Below are positions 50,707 through 64,000 of a stretch of DNA of 64,000 nt, in pieces (the first letter of the stretch is position 1; every line of letters begins with the position of its first letter). The stretch is from Octopus sinensis (lineage: Eukaryota). Made by a program: the position numbers and the translations under genes. The DNA lies in contig NC_043003.1 in NCBI RefSeq assembly GCF_006345805.1, positions 57,040,001 through 57,104,000 on the forward strand, written 5' to 3'. Below the pieces are notes generated by a model. The model searched no databases and was not told where the DNA came from. It saw only the letters and a list, made by a program, of their open reading frames with translations.

Positions 50707-51659
50707 AGAACTTTTTTTTTTTTTTGTAAAATGTTTCAAAATAGTGTTAAAGATAGTAATATTAAAAACGGCTATATAACTATGATGAAAAAAAAGCTGT
50801 TATTCGAAATAGAAAAGATAGATTAATTTTTATTATAAATCGTGTGTGTACGTATGTTTGTATGAACACATACAGTAATGCATACTTATAGATACGTATA
50901 CACGTGTAATATATGTAATTTGGTGTCTGTGTGAGTGTGTGTATGTGTGTGCATGAATGTTTGTGTGCATGTGTGTGTGCATGTATGTGTGTGCAAATGT
51001 GTGTCTGTGTGTGTAAGTTCGTGTGCATATATTTATAAACTGAGTACCTGACTACTTTAGTACTTCTTAGAACGCTACATCCAGCTGAATTTTTAGAAGA
51101 TCTTTTTGACCTATCCGCATGCTCTTAAATATCAAGGTTTGCCAGGCGTACCGATTGTCTGTAACCTGCTTATATTTGTTAATCCATGACATTAACTGGT
51201 TGTTATATCATTGCTGTGTTTTCCGTTCAGAAGATGTTTGAACATTTTAATAAACCGCTTTTGTTTTATATTTCTTTCAACTAAACTTGTGTCATGTAGT
51301 TTGTGGAAAGGTAAAATTAGAAACATTGTCTGACCACATGTCTCTATACGTTCGCTCAATGGAATTTGGCGAACATTGGTGTTCCGGACTTTGTGAACTC
51401 GTGGGCGTTCTGATAATGCATTCCCTGCCTCGCCTATATATGACTGCTCGCAATCCGGGCAGACAATTAGCTACACACACACATACACACACGACCATAT
51501 ATGTATATATGTGTTTGCATGATTACATACATTCATACAACATACATACATATATCCTTTTATTTTTGTATTCCTTTACATTTTTCAGCTGTAAAGCTGT
51601 GACCATGCTGGGCACCGGCAGTGCAATCACCACTTTCAGAGCCAATTTGATGTGATTGT

Positions 51660-53500
51660 CTATTGGTAAAGAACGGAGTTCAAAACCGGTGTTCGATTTT
51701 GAATCTCCTACTTTGGTATTGGTGAACTTGGGTGGCGGAAGGTCAATTTTTTCATGAAAACTTCTACCCCTACTCCTTGAAGATCTCTCCGATGTTTTGG
51801 AAAGGCGTTAAATGTCCATTGGCCATTGAATACCAAACTATTTTAGTACATGACTTCACTCTTGATGGGTTAGCAGGGAACTCTGGAATAGTGCAGTGAC
51901 GTCCAGTTCCAAGTCTTGTATAGCTCTTGATTCCAAAGTTTGTTATCGGGTCCTCCACTGTCTTTCATATATATATTAATGAAAAATGGAGTTCGAGTAA
52001 TAAACTCTGGAAGGGAATCTGAATAGGTCTTTCTAGAGCCCCTTTGCATTTATTTAAGGGTATTGCAGGGAAACCATTAGGGCTTGTGGCTGAGTTTAAG
52101 CTCCTTTTATTTATTTATTTCTGATATTACATATGTTTCTGCTATTTTGATGCTATCAATAATTGCATTTGTTCGTGTAGAGTTATGATACCAAAGAACT
52201 CATCAAGTACAGTTAGTTGCAGTACCCCAATGGAGTGCTGAAAACACTCTTGTATTGCACATTCACTATTTCACTAATACTATGGAGGTCAGCAGTCAGC
52301 GAGCCATTTCTTCAAATAGAAGCCCTATCTTGTCCCATACAGAAGCAGAATCATTTGCATATCTATAGAAAGATTTAGGGCTTGTCTAAATATTTTTGAA
52401 GCCCTAGCTTCTTTGTCTGCTTTCTCCTTTTCATCAGACTACTTGTGATCATTATCGATATAAAGCAATGTTTGTTTTAGATAAAATCCTTTGTTATGCT
52501 TTCGTAGTCCATTTCGATGATTAAGAATTTTGCTCTCCTTCTCATTAGAATCCTCCAATCCCTCGGATTTATATTTTACTCTTAGGCTGATATTCTCTGG
52601 AACAAACTCACCGCATATGTCTTGCTTGATTGTCATAAGCTAAGTCAATATATTGCGTAGAAAGACTGGTAAACCAGATATATTCGATGACCTCTTTCTC
52701 AAAACGCTTCCAATCTGCTTTGTTCAAGCTGAAGACAAGCTGGGTGTTTCTAGTAGCCTGCATGTCTGTAGTCTTCTGTGGATTGTATGTTTTCAGTTCT
52801 ATTAAGTTATGTTCTGAGAAACGGAGGTCCACGATATGTTTCCCCTTGTTTGGAGGATCACTATTTGCTTCATAAAGAGCATGTTTGTAAGGTCAAGCAG
52901 AGATTCGGCATATCAAAGGCCAGGCAGAAAATACCTGGGAAAAAACGAGGCCATCGGGTCATTCTACATTAGGGAGGTTACGTCTCCTTGGAAAAGTATG
53001 TCATCCATTTTGTCTAATGATTCCTCCAGTTTTGGAAGGTTCTTTTCAAATGAATTCTCATGAAATGGAAAATCTGTTTGCATGTGTTTAATACGTACCG
53101 CCAGAATGTAATAGACTGAGTTTACGTGTGACAGCAGGACCACCTGTATATACTGCAAGTAGGGCAATAAATATTTCGTCTTACATCTACGTGACCGATG
53201 GCCCCTTTGTTTTCTACATATTGCTTGCTGAAGCAGACGCTGGACACCTCCCTAACGACCGGATGTTCGTAAAGAATGAGAAAAAAACTAGCACAAAACC
53301 TACCGGTCACGTGAACATGTCGTATGCAGGAGGAGGGTAGTGGTTCGCTCCCCTGCTTGCAATATATACAGGGTTCGGTCTGCATCTATAGCCAGCTGGT
53401 GGAAGATCTGCCTTGGTTTAAAACAGTAGTAACATTGAACAACCATATTCTTTTCAACTCTAGGCACAAGGTCCGAAATTCTTGGGGAGGTCCCAGTAAG
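51660..53500 (-). mobile_element. Internally deleted CR1/L2-like LINE
   Basis: 5' part matches 1520-2420 (e.g. FSLNKADWKRFEKE vs FSLNFHKVDWKCIQKE); 3' part RLGTGRHCTIPEFP...FKE resembles an ORF2 C-terminus. Confidence 0.55.
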
Positions 53501-53674
53501 CAATTGGTACTTAAAATATCGACCCTGAATGGATGAAAGGCAAAGTCGACCTCGGCGGAATTCGAACTCAGAAGCGAAAGACAGACGAAATGCTGCTAAG
53601 CTTTTCGCACGGCGTGCTAACGTTTCTGCCAGCTCACCGCCTTATTGAACAGATATATTAATTTGACGATTAAC

Positions 53675-53718
<44 letters not shown>

Positions 53719-54099
53719 ATATATATATGTATATGCCACCACGCTGGCTAGGGGAGCGGCCTCACATTCTCCTGATCAGGCTTACCGATTTGAAGTTTAG
53801 TGAACTAGAAGACCTTCAAATTTGGTGTCTTACTCAAGAACACAATGCACCACCTGGTCCGCAATCGAACTCATGATGCAAAACCTAATTCAGTGCTTCA
53901 CGTCCCTTCAGACACACATATGTACACACACAAACAACACACACACACACACACACACACATACACATACACACACACACACACACTCGCACACATACAC
54001 ATATACACACACATAGAGAGAGAGATAGGGAATAAGGAGAGAGGGAGAGATTCATATACGTGCGTAATATGTGGGAGATGTGTGTGTGTGTGTGTGTGT

Positions 54100-54450
54100 G
54101 TGCGTGGTAAGAATCTTGCTTCTCAACCACATGTTTCCTGGTTAAATCTTCTGCCTGGCTCCTTGTGTAATAGACGGAACCTGAAAGAAGCCCGTCGTAT
54201 ACGTGTATATTTATATATATATATGTATGCGTGTGTATATGTTTGTGCGTTTGAGTTTGTCCCCCCAACGTCACCTGACAACCGATGCTGGTATGTTTAC
54301 GTCACCGTAACCTAGCGGTTCGGCAAAAGAAACCGATAGAATAAGCACTAGGCTTATAAAGAATAACTGCTGGAGTCGATTTGCTCGAGTAAAGGCAGTG
54401 CTCCAGCATAGCCACAGTCAAATGACTGAAACAAGTGAAAGAGTAAAAGA
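54100..54450 (+). mobile_element. Abundant octopod tRNA-derived SINE with internal (TG)n; minus-strand copies at 56810-57185 and 58700-59113
   Basis: Head GGCGCAGGAGTGG-TGTGTGGTAAG...GGGTTCAGTCCC; body GACAACCGATGCTGG...CGGTTCGGCAAAAGA; tail GACTGAAACAAG. Confidence 0.8.
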
Positions 54451-54541
54451 GTATACATACACGTCAATATATTTATATAACATATACATACATACAAATA
54501 GATAGAGAAAGAGAGAGACAGAGAGGTAGATACATACATAC

Positions 54542-54605
<64 letters not shown>

Positions 54606-56499
54606 TTCTACAGACTCCCAGACTATCAGATGTTGTCATACATTGCTGGTCACAATGCGCATCACGTTGCCGTAGCTTTCAACTGATGCCAGCACACTGG
54701 CTAGGCGAGCAACCTTGTATTCCCCCGATTCGGCTTAACCCTTTACTACTGAATTGGTTAGAAGTATGTGAAATGAGGTGTCTTACTCAAGAACACAAAT
54801 CGTCACCTGCTCCAGAATCGAACTCATGATGTAGCGATCGTGAAAGCAATACTTTATCCAATAGTCCACGTGCCTTCACCCACCCACACATACATACATA
54901 TATATATATATTCGTCGGATTTAGTTCGAATGTTTGATATCCCCCCATTTTGTCCTGGTTTTACAGCAAATTCTTGTGCGTATTGTTTTGTATCGTCTTG
55001 TCTGATCGTTGCCGTTTCTTTAACATTCGTGAGCTATAGTTACAGTTAACCGAAAATTCATTTTATATTTATTGTATTTTACATATATCTTATTACAGTC
55101 TGTGAAAATAATATATTAATTACGGTGGTTCTCTGATAATTAATGTGTTTTCGTTTTTCGGTCAAGCATTAATTTTCATTTATGTGATCAATATTTTGAG
55201 TGAGATATATTTCTTATTTCTCTGTAATGTATTACTTTCTCTTTCCAAACATTCATCTTAATGATTTTGTTCGAAAAATACAGGAAACTCTGTTCAAATA
55301 TATTCACCTCCAAAATATATTTGCCCTGAGTCTTCTTCACAAATCATTTTCACGAATACAGTTTATAGTAGTTTAGGCGTAGAGCTGTCATAATCGCTGG
55401 AGCACTGGTAAAATGCCGTGAGGTGTTTGTTCCGGCTGTTTATATTCTGAGTGTAATCTCAACAAAGGGAGCGTTGCCTTTCATCCTTCTCTATTCATTG
55501 AAATAAAATACCAGTCAAATAGTTGAAAGGATTTACTCGTTTAACCCATTAATTCATACTTCAGACCTTGTTTCTATTGTAAAAATAATAATTTATAGTA
55601 TGTAGTAGTTGTAATATTTTATATATAAGGGATTCACAAATCATTAGTGCGATAGAGAAAAATAATTTGCGATTTACCGGCCATTTGTTCACTGTTTATG
55701 TCATATAGTATTCGACTTTGAGTTTTAACTTTCTGGAATAAGTTGCAGCCGAGTAATTCTGAACTGATATAATCGATTCAAGTCCTTGGCCTTTGTGTTT
55801 AGGTAAAAAAAAAAAATCATTTGAGTCCCAATCACACCACAACCAAGTTTACTTTTCATCTTTTTGAGGATGTTAAAAGATGCTACCAGTTACGTTCTCC
55901 TCCAGATTCTTCTCTCCCAAAATTTCTTATCTTGTGCCAAATAGTAGTAGAAATAGTAGAATAGCTTTATTAGTATTTATCAATATTTAGCCGAGTATTA
56001 CTAAAATTTTGAGATCACCTCAATTTTACACGGTGCCATAGTTTAAGCAAAGAGCGTTTTAAAGAAATTACATCTTTCCAAACTAATGTAGTTGCTATTG
56101 TGATTTCAACATCTTATTTCTGTGTATGAGAATATAATCATTATAATAATGGGCTCCTAGGGAGCGTTCTTGTTCGAGTTGCTTGCTGCGCCTTTGTTTT
56201 GTTTGGACATCGTAATTCCTGGACTTTCCTGAAGAGAAAGCTGCAATATGGTATCCTTATTCAATCAGAATTTGGAAATTTGCGGCCTTTGAAACATGTG
56301 TAGAATGTAATAAAAGGAATTCTGTAGAATCTTCGTTCAGCTTCATTTCTTCCATTCACTAATTATATCAAACTTCAATTATCCGCGCCAACACCCTATG
56401 GTCATAACTCCAACCGTGTTTTTTCTGCTGTGATTTTGCTACCCAGGTATCGGTTAAACTTTTGAATAATCCGTAACAAGATAATTCATCTTTCCATTT

Positions 56500-56550
<51 letters not shown>

Positions 56551-57349
56551 CATACACACACAGTATCGTAGCCAGCTGTGGATTCTAATGAGATGATATC
56601 AACATACAGATTCTACCCGTATACGGTACTATATATGGATTTCTTATTTCCTGTGCAATTTAAATTTCACTACATAAACATACCAGCCAACCAACCTACA
56701 TACATACATACATACATAGGTGTGTGAGTGTTCTTACATACACACATACAGTTACATATGCACGCGCGCACATATGCACCTCTTTTGTCTTTTCGATTTA
56801 TTTGTGTCAGTCAATAGTCTGCGACCATGCTGGGGCACAACCATGTAGAATTTTAGTCGAACGGATCGAACCCCAGGATTAATTTTCCTTTAAATGATTG
56901 GTGCTTATTCTATCATTTTTTTGGTTTTTTTGCTGAACCGCCCGGTTACAGAAACCTAAGCACCACGCTAACACCGATTGTCAAGCGGTGGCGGAAAACA
57001 AACTCATGCAGAAACACACACGATGGGCTTCTTTCAGTATCTATTTACATAGACACTCTCATGTTTTTGTTGGGCCTGACACTATAGTAGAAGACGCTTG
57101 CTCAATGTACCACGTCGTGGGGCTGAAACCAAAATGATGTGATTAAGTTGCAAGCTTCTTTTTACCACACAGCCGCGCCTGCGGCTATATTTCTGAAATT
57201 TTGACATTACATAGCATGTTGAGTATTTTGTTCATTTCATTTCTAGGAAGAACACGTATATTACACGTGTGTGTTTGCGTGTATGTGTGTTTATGCGTAT
57301 GGAACAGTGCGCTTGTACTTCCTCCGACAACATACATCGGCAAAGGTTA

Positions 57350-57625
57350 TAAACTGGTGCTTCTCAACCATTTTCTTCCAACCTACATACATGAATATGG
57401 ATCCCTTTGTTTCTTATTTTTCTCAGGCGGATCCTCCTAGCCATTCGATGTTCAAAACAATCATATATTTTTATGATTAAATATTATTTTTTTAAAAGGA
57501 AATCAGATATTTCATGTATTATAGAAGTATAGACAATTTGTTGTAGTTTAATTTTAATAACAAAATCTTATGTAGACCTCCACCCCATCCCAGGGCCACA
57601 GGAATCCCAGTTCAGGACCACTGAT
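57350..57625. mobile_element. Possible hAT-type MITE
   Basis: Degenerate ends (G)TGCTTCTCAACC ... GTTCAGGACCACTG resemble CAGTGGTTCTCAAC TIRs. Confidence 0.35.
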
Positions 57626-58848
57626 ATAAGCAAGAAGTAGAAAGTGAGAATCCAGTGACAGTCCCCTGTTAGTCTGGTTGTCAGAAAATTATTTAATCTG
57701 AATATCCTGCAAAAACCAATAATCAATGCGGCTATAATTTACAAATTACAATTAAGAAAAATAAAAATAAACAACTAAATGGAACTATTTTGATGACTTA
57801 AAACCTTAATTCGACCAATAGAAATGGAAAGAATTGTTGCCGGTATTTATTTTAGATCGTTACTCTTGCGAATTGAATATGCATATCGATCTTGATATTA
57901 CCCTCGACAGATATGTAGCTGGAAACACAAATACACTTTATATACTGAGATCGATACAGCCCTGTGCCTGTGAAAGAAATCAATATTCCGAGATTGAATG
58001 GGTCAAATATCTTCTTTTTTAATTTCAAATTATATAAAAAAATTTTCTAATTAAATATAAGATGAACAGAATTTTACCAATTACCAGTGAATTGCAGTAA
58101 TTCATGAACTTAACAAATTTGACCTACGTCTCAATTATAGATCAAACATTTTCACAAAATATTAAAATCTTTCAAGCATGAATATCACACTATTGACGTT
58201 CTTTGGTCGGATAAATTTTGTTTAAAGATTCGAAAATAATTAAAAAAAGAACAATGAGAGATGTATGAAATGCGGAAAAAGAAACAACGTAATATTTATT
58301 TATTTGCTGAAACCGGACAACAGAATGCACTTTCAATTTCCACATCAAGACACATCGCTTGAGTTGTACAAATAACGATATTGGACTAATCATTAATAGC
58401 CCATACTCATATTTTTCTTTCTATAATATGTTCTAAAACAATGTTGGAATATCATGAAAGATTAGTTTCAAGACGGCAAGCTGGCAGAATCGTTACAATG
58501 CCGGATGAAAATGCTAATGACTAGCAGCATTTCTTCTGGCTTTATTTGATGCGTCCAAACTCATCCGAGATTGAATTTGCTTTTCATCTTTACGAGGTTG
58601 ATACAAGAAATACCAGTTCGGAGACTGGAGTCAAAATAGTCGATTAACTCCCTCCCGCAAAAATTTAGACCTTGTTCCTATATTATAAAGAATTGTGGCT
58701 ATAATAGAAACATTATCGACTCCAGAACTTATTCTTTGTAAGCCTAGTACTTATTTTATCGGTCTCTTTTGCCGAACCGCTAGGTTACGGGGACGTAAAC
58801 ACACCAGTATCGGTTGTCAAGCAATGTGGGTGGACAAACACAGACACA

Positions 58849-58948
<100 letters not shown>

Positions 58949-59129
58949 TACGACAGGCTTCTTTCAGGTTCCGTCTACCAAATTCACTCACAAGGCTTTA
59001 GTCGGCCCGAGGCTATAGTAGAAGTCATCTGCCGAAGGTGCCACGCAGTGGGACTGAACCCAGAACCATGTGGTCGGTAAGCAATCTACTTACCACACAC
59101 CCACTCCTGCGCCTACAAGTGCACTAAGT

Positions 59130-59830
59130 TTTAAATTTTTAGCTCACTTCCGCTGTTTACAGCAGTGATTTAAAATAACGTGTGTAACTTGTGTTCGTAT
59201 CACTGACCATGACAGAAAGTTATCATGGCGCTTCCTACCCGGACGCCTACGCAAAGTTTCAGAAAGCGTATGGATACGAATGTATGAGCCGTACCCAAGT
59301 GTACAAGTGATTCAGACGTTTGTCAAATGGCCGAAAAAGTCTCGATAGTGACAAACATTCTGGGAGACATGCAACCAGCAGAACTGAGAAAAATATCGCA
59401 GAAAAAAATGTACGTGCAGATATGTGGGGAAGTTTTCGAATCACCATCCGTGAGTATCAGGTGTGCAGAATAGTTACGGTTCAGTACAGTCCATTATCAC
59501 TGAAGATTTGGTTACAAGACGCGCATCTGCCAAGCTTGTGTCAAAACAGCTTTCAGCAGTCCAAACGTACATCCGGGTTTCAGTTGCAGAAAATCTCTTT
59601 GATTGTGTCGAGAACGATGAAACTTTTTGAAAACTTTGTGTAGAAGATATCTTCAAGCTTTTGGCAAAATTTGATGCAGATAATCTGCTCACTGGTGCCA
59701 AACTGTATCTGCCTTTGCCTTCCCTTGGATAAAATCGGTGGCGTGGAGAAGTGATGCTGGTATGTATGGACGACTACTGGTCTTCCACGAACAACCATGC
59801 TCAGACTTCTGTCTAAGAATCGGACTTACT
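59130..59830 (+). mobile_element. Decayed mariner (Mos1/Hsmar-like) transposase 5' region with inverted N-terminal piece
   Basis: YAKFQKAYGYECMSRTQVYK*FRRLSNGRKSLDSDKHSGRHATSR (HTH region, +); EQIICIKFCQKL on minus strand at ~59640-59705. Confidence 0.7.
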
Positions 59831-60349
59831 AGTTTCAATTCCATGATCATTCATGACCGAAGGCGGTTTTTACCCTTTACTTTTTAACATTTAAAATATA
59901 TACAAATGAAATATTGGAAATTAAAAACGCGCATGTGACTAAGTTTTAAAAACCGATAAATGCCAGTATAGATAAGGGCAAATTTAAGAAAGTGGCAGTG
60001 GTTGAGGAAGTACGTAGCGGCGTGTATAGTGTGAGCATGCGCCTAGAGGTGGCGAAATAAAATTTGATGTTTATTTATGAATTATGCTTATGAATGTATG
60101 CGCACGTGCGTGTATATGGATAATAGTGGAGATTTTTTTTACTCCGGAACAATGTGTCTGTGTTAAAATTGTTTCTATTATTATCATTATTGTTTTGTGT
60201 TCTTTTTCTTTATTTGAGGCAGCGTATTGTAAAAATAAATATCAGTCAAAGAGCAGGATCGATGTAAGCGACTTATCCCTCCCGTAAACTTTCGGGTCTT
60301 TTGCTTATATAGAAAGGATTATTATTATTATTGTTGTTGTTGTTGTTGT

Positions 60350-60660
60350 TGTTGCACAGTTTCAAACGCTGGAGATGAACTACAGTGTCAGCTGTTCACT
60401 ACCAGTGAACTAAGGTAACACGTCTTATTTTTCGACCACCTTCCGGAGAATTCGAGCGGTCCCAAGCAGTGTTGTTTTCTGCAAGTGCTCCACTCTTATT
60501 GCAGCCCGTATTTGTTCCTCGTACTTATCAAGATTTTTGCTCACTGTACCCAGGGCTCCAACATTTATTGGTACTACTGCTACCTTTTTCATCGACCACA
60601 ACTGCTTAACATCCCAAGCTAACCTGTCATATCTCTCGACTTTTCTTTCTGCCTTATCGA
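60350..60660 (-). mobile_element. Dong/R4-like LINE 3' end; another at 60790-61160 (-)
   Basis: KVERYDRLAWDVKQLW...VVPINVGALG...LQKTTLLGTARILRKV; second copy KLSEYKDLEI...GAVGAL. Confidence 0.7.
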
Positions 60661-60678
60661 ATATTATCATCATCATCA

Positions 60679-60712
<34 letters not shown>

Positions 60713-61331
60713 CATTATTATTATTATTATTGTTGTTGTTGTTGTTGTTGTTATCATTATTATTATATTTTAGCCTCATTTAGGAGTATTTTAGTCACTA
60801 GCCGTGTCTCTATCCGGGACGTAACTATTTTATAACGATAGGAATTTTCTCGAGAGATGAGCTGTTGATGTTAATGCAATATTTTGGATATCATGTATAT
60901 TTGATTTTCCATCTATTTTATCAATGAAAATTGAAAACCATTTTTAAACCATATTTAGTGCTCCTACTGCTCCCGGTAGATTAACTGTTTTTAGTTTTCA
61001 CATTCTGCTGTATCTCAAGGTCCTTGTATTCAGATAACTTTCCGAATTCTCTGACTGAAATGTTTCGAACAGCTGCTTCTGTCATGTCTATTAGATGGCA
61101 AGCAATTTCTCGATGATCTTTGATAATATCAGGTATATTGCCATTTATCTGTCTGTCAAAATGGATGATAAAGTGCTACACAATATGAGTTCAAATGCCG
61201 CCGAGATCGACTTTACCATTCATTCTTTCGGAGTCGATAAAATAATCACCAGTTGAGTAATGGAGTCGATGTAATCGATTTATCGCCTCCCCGAACTTTC
61301 TGGACCGATGCCAAAATTATTACAATAATAC

Positions 61332-61367
<36 letters not shown>

Positions 61368-61439
61368 TATTATTATTATTATTATTATCATTGTTATTAT
61401 TATTGTTATTATTATTGTTATTGTTATTTTTTTATTGAG

Positions 61440-61885
61440 TGAGAGAGCCATCAAAGTGACACTGGGGTAAAAATATACGAAACCCAGTATACCCGTCATG
61501 ACTACATGTCTGATAAGGGTACACTAGGCACATGCATGTGCACAACATGGTGATCTCATGTCAAGATAAACAGCACATGATCTTGCAGGTGGGGCCCAGT
61601 CAGAATATTCTTCTGGTCGAGTAACCCATCCCGCTCAAAAGGTCCCTGAATAAGAGTTGTTTAAGGATGTTGAACGAACCACCCATGTTTCCAGAGGTGA
61701 ATTATTCAAACCGCAAAGAATTCCTTTCAACACATGGCTATGATGCTCCCTCGCTACTTCCGCTCGTGATCAGAGATGCACATATCGTCAGTCACTAAGA
61801 GAATGCTCGACTGGTTATGGTCAAACAACTGACAAGCAAACTTGTGGTATTGAGCAGAATATTTGCTGTAGTCCATCTGCTCTGA
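61440..61885. mobile_element. Dispersed repeat between (ATT)n tracts, family not assigned
   Basis: Recognised as a recurrent octopod-type repeat with (TTA)n at both ends; no coding motif. Confidence 0.35.
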
Positions 61886-61918
61886 TCATTATTGTTATTA
61901 TTATTATTATTATTATTA

Positions 61919-61983
<65 letters not shown>

Positions 61984-61989
61984 TAGTTT

Positions 61990-62470
61990 TATTTTTAAAA
62001 CGTGCTTTCACTTCGCTAACGAGCGCAGCTCTGTGTGCCTCGGGTATGTGCTGTGGCTTGCTGTGATGCGCTTATGGTTACTGTATTGAAAGTGTTTTGC
62101 GTAGGATGTGTGCAGTTCTCAGTAGTACAATTTTATGTATGTTATATATATTTGTAAGTCCTAGTGTTTTTGTCATGTATTTGTCTGAATATTTTTTATC
62201 ATACCTAATGCGCCTACTGTGATAGGAATTGTTCCTCTCTTTAGATTCCACATTCGATTACCTCTATTTTCAGGTCTTTGTATTTTGAAAGTTTCTCCAT
62301 TTCTTGTAGAGAAACGTTGTCATCTGCTGGTATTGACACATCAATTAGAAAGCATTTTTTACTTCATGATCTCTGACAACTATATCTGGCCTATTGGCCT
62401 TAATTTCTCTATCTGTGTGTATTGGCATATCCCAGAGTATGGTTGCTTTCTCGTTTTCTGTGACCTTTTC
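61990..62470 (-). mobile_element. Dong/R4-like restriction-like endonuclease domain and 3' UTR
   Basis: TILWDMPIHTDREIKANRPDIVVRDH...CFLIDVSIPADDNVS...EKLSKYKDLKIE (PD-(D/E)xK REL motif). Confidence 0.75.
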
Positions 62471-62526
62471 TGGCGTGTGCCTATCTATCTATTTATCTAT
62501 CAATTATCATTATTATTATTATTATT

Positions 62527-62595
<69 letters not shown>

Positions 62596-62599
62596 GTCG

Positions 62600-63125
62600 A
62601 GTAGGCAAAATCTTTTTTTGCCCGGCGAGCAAAATATTTAGTGGTATTTCGTCCGTCTTTATATTCTGAGTTCAAATTCTGCCGAGGTCACCTTTGCCTT
62701 TCGGCTTTCTGGGGTCAACAAAAAAGTTAAGCGCTAGGGTCGATGTATTCGTCTTATCCCCTCTTCCTGAAACTACTAGCTTCGTGTCAAAATGTGAAAC
62801 CTTTATAATTATTACGCCGGAAATGCTTCGCTGCATTTTGTTCGTGTTCGTGTTCTGTGTTCAAAATTCCGCCCAGATTGGCTTTGTCTCTCATTGTTTC
62901 GATAAAATGAGAACCCCAAGGCGACGAGCTATCAGTAATGTTAGCACGCCGAGCGAAATATTTAGCAGTATTTCGTCTGCCTTTACGTTCTGAGTTCAAA
63001 TTCCGCAGAGGTCGACTTTGCCATTCATCCTTTCGAGGTAGATAAATTAAGTACCAGCTGCGTACTGGGGTCGATCAAATCGACTGGCCTCCTCCCAAAA
63101 GGTTTCGGCCTTGTGTCAAGAGTAG
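62600..63125 (+). mobile_element. Two tandem octopod tRNA-derived SINEs; others at 53540-53645 (-), 58472-58700, 61170-61315
   Basis: GCACGCCGAGCGAAATATTTAGCAGTATTTCGTC...CTGAGTTCAAATTCCGC-GAGGTCGACTTTGCC. Confidence 0.8.
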
Positions 63126-63129
63126 AAAA

Positions 63130-64000
63130 AGATAAAACTAGAACCCAGTAACCACTAGGTTCGATGTAATAGACCTGGTCCCTTCCTCAAAAGTTTTAGG
63201 TATTGGACCTTTAAAAGAGAGGATTTTCTTATCACCTCTGCCTTCGCTAAGGCGGAGGTATTGTTTTGAGAATGGTTTTGAGAACGGTCAGGTTCATTTT
63301 TAGTATTCTCGTTTTTGAGAGCAGTCCGGTTTATTTTAGATGTTCCCATTTTAAATATCATCTCTGGCTAATCGTTGAGATCGCGTTGATATTGTCGTTA
63401 GTGCTTTGGTTGGGTTAGTGAGTTGGAGGTATGTACGCTCCATGCAGGTATCGTTGTTTTTTTACTGTTGTTTGTTGAATTGTTGGATAGTTGTTGCCTG
63501 AGATTGTTGAACTTGTTGTTGCCGTATTTTGGTTTTCTTCTCCATTCGTGAGTGGAGTTGTGAACGGTATAGAGGGTGCACCGGTGTAGGCGGGCAGTTA
63601 TGCTGCGATGGCTGGCGGAGGCATTGTCAGCGTAGGTGTAGCAGGCTGGAGGACTTGAATTGCAGGAGAGGAACTTTAAGAAGTGTAATGGTTTGTTGAG
63701 AGGAGAGGGAGGTGACCTGGGGTTGACGCCTCCCAGAGATGTGTAGGAAGGTACGGAGAGGGAAGCTGTTGTGTACGGAGCATTGGGTGTGCAGCGAAGA
63801 GGGTAGAGATGGTGGTGGTGGGGGAGGTCGAATAATGCCTGAGAGAGGTTAGGAACGTAGCGACGTACTGCACCAGAGGAGGGCAGTGCGGCACAGTGGA
63901 AGTGCGCTTCGTGAGTGAGATAGGAGCGAGAAAGAGCTCCACTGTACCTTTGAGATCAGCTCAGTGGGCACTGCTACCGACTTGCTGTGGAAAACGTGCG
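63130..64000 (-). mobile_element. Possible Penelope-like element N-terminal region, running off the window
   Basis: Relatively GC-rich, frameshifted; IRKSSLLKVQYLKLLRKGP weakly resembles the NLS...LL-x-KGL motif preceding PLE RT. Confidence 0.3.

Noticed and set aside
56270-56510. Possible terminal exon (KDELSCYGLFKSLTDTW...IIEV*)
   Set aside because: No recognisable domain, splice context or partner exons; it starts in a (TA)n tract.

Overview
AT-rich, microsatellite-dense eukaryotic genomic DNA. The SINE, LINE and MITE families look octopod (coleoid cephalopod); this is inferred from recognising the repeats, not from a database search. I found no credible host protein-coding gene. The ORF track is dominated by (TA)n, (CA)n, (GATA)n and (ATT)n artefacts plus decayed transposon fragments: CR1/L2-like, Dong/R4-like, Tx1/L1-like, Penelope-like, mariner and Helitron. 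The main result is a family of about 28 copies, on both strands between 0.7 and 50.7 kb, of a ~102-nt element built like an RNA polymerase III small-RNA gene. Each has a TATA box at about -31 and an upstream GGTATGG-type motif at about -49. The body has a 12-bp closing stem, an A-box-like segment directly after the 5' stem strand and a GGTTCG(T/A)ATTCC B-box-like segment, followed by an oligo-T run just after the 3' stem strand. Copies are highly divergent in sequence but keep length, spacing and base pairing, with compensatory changes at four stem positions. The architecture most resembles vault RNA genes or a class II tRNA-derived ncRNA; that identity is a hypothesis. The genes fall into three subfamilies arranged in a repeated 2-3 kb cassette, amplified by tandem and inverted segmental duplication, including ~6-kb inverted arms. 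The window also holds Penelope-type minimal hammerhead ribozyme motifs and several long fold-back palindromes.
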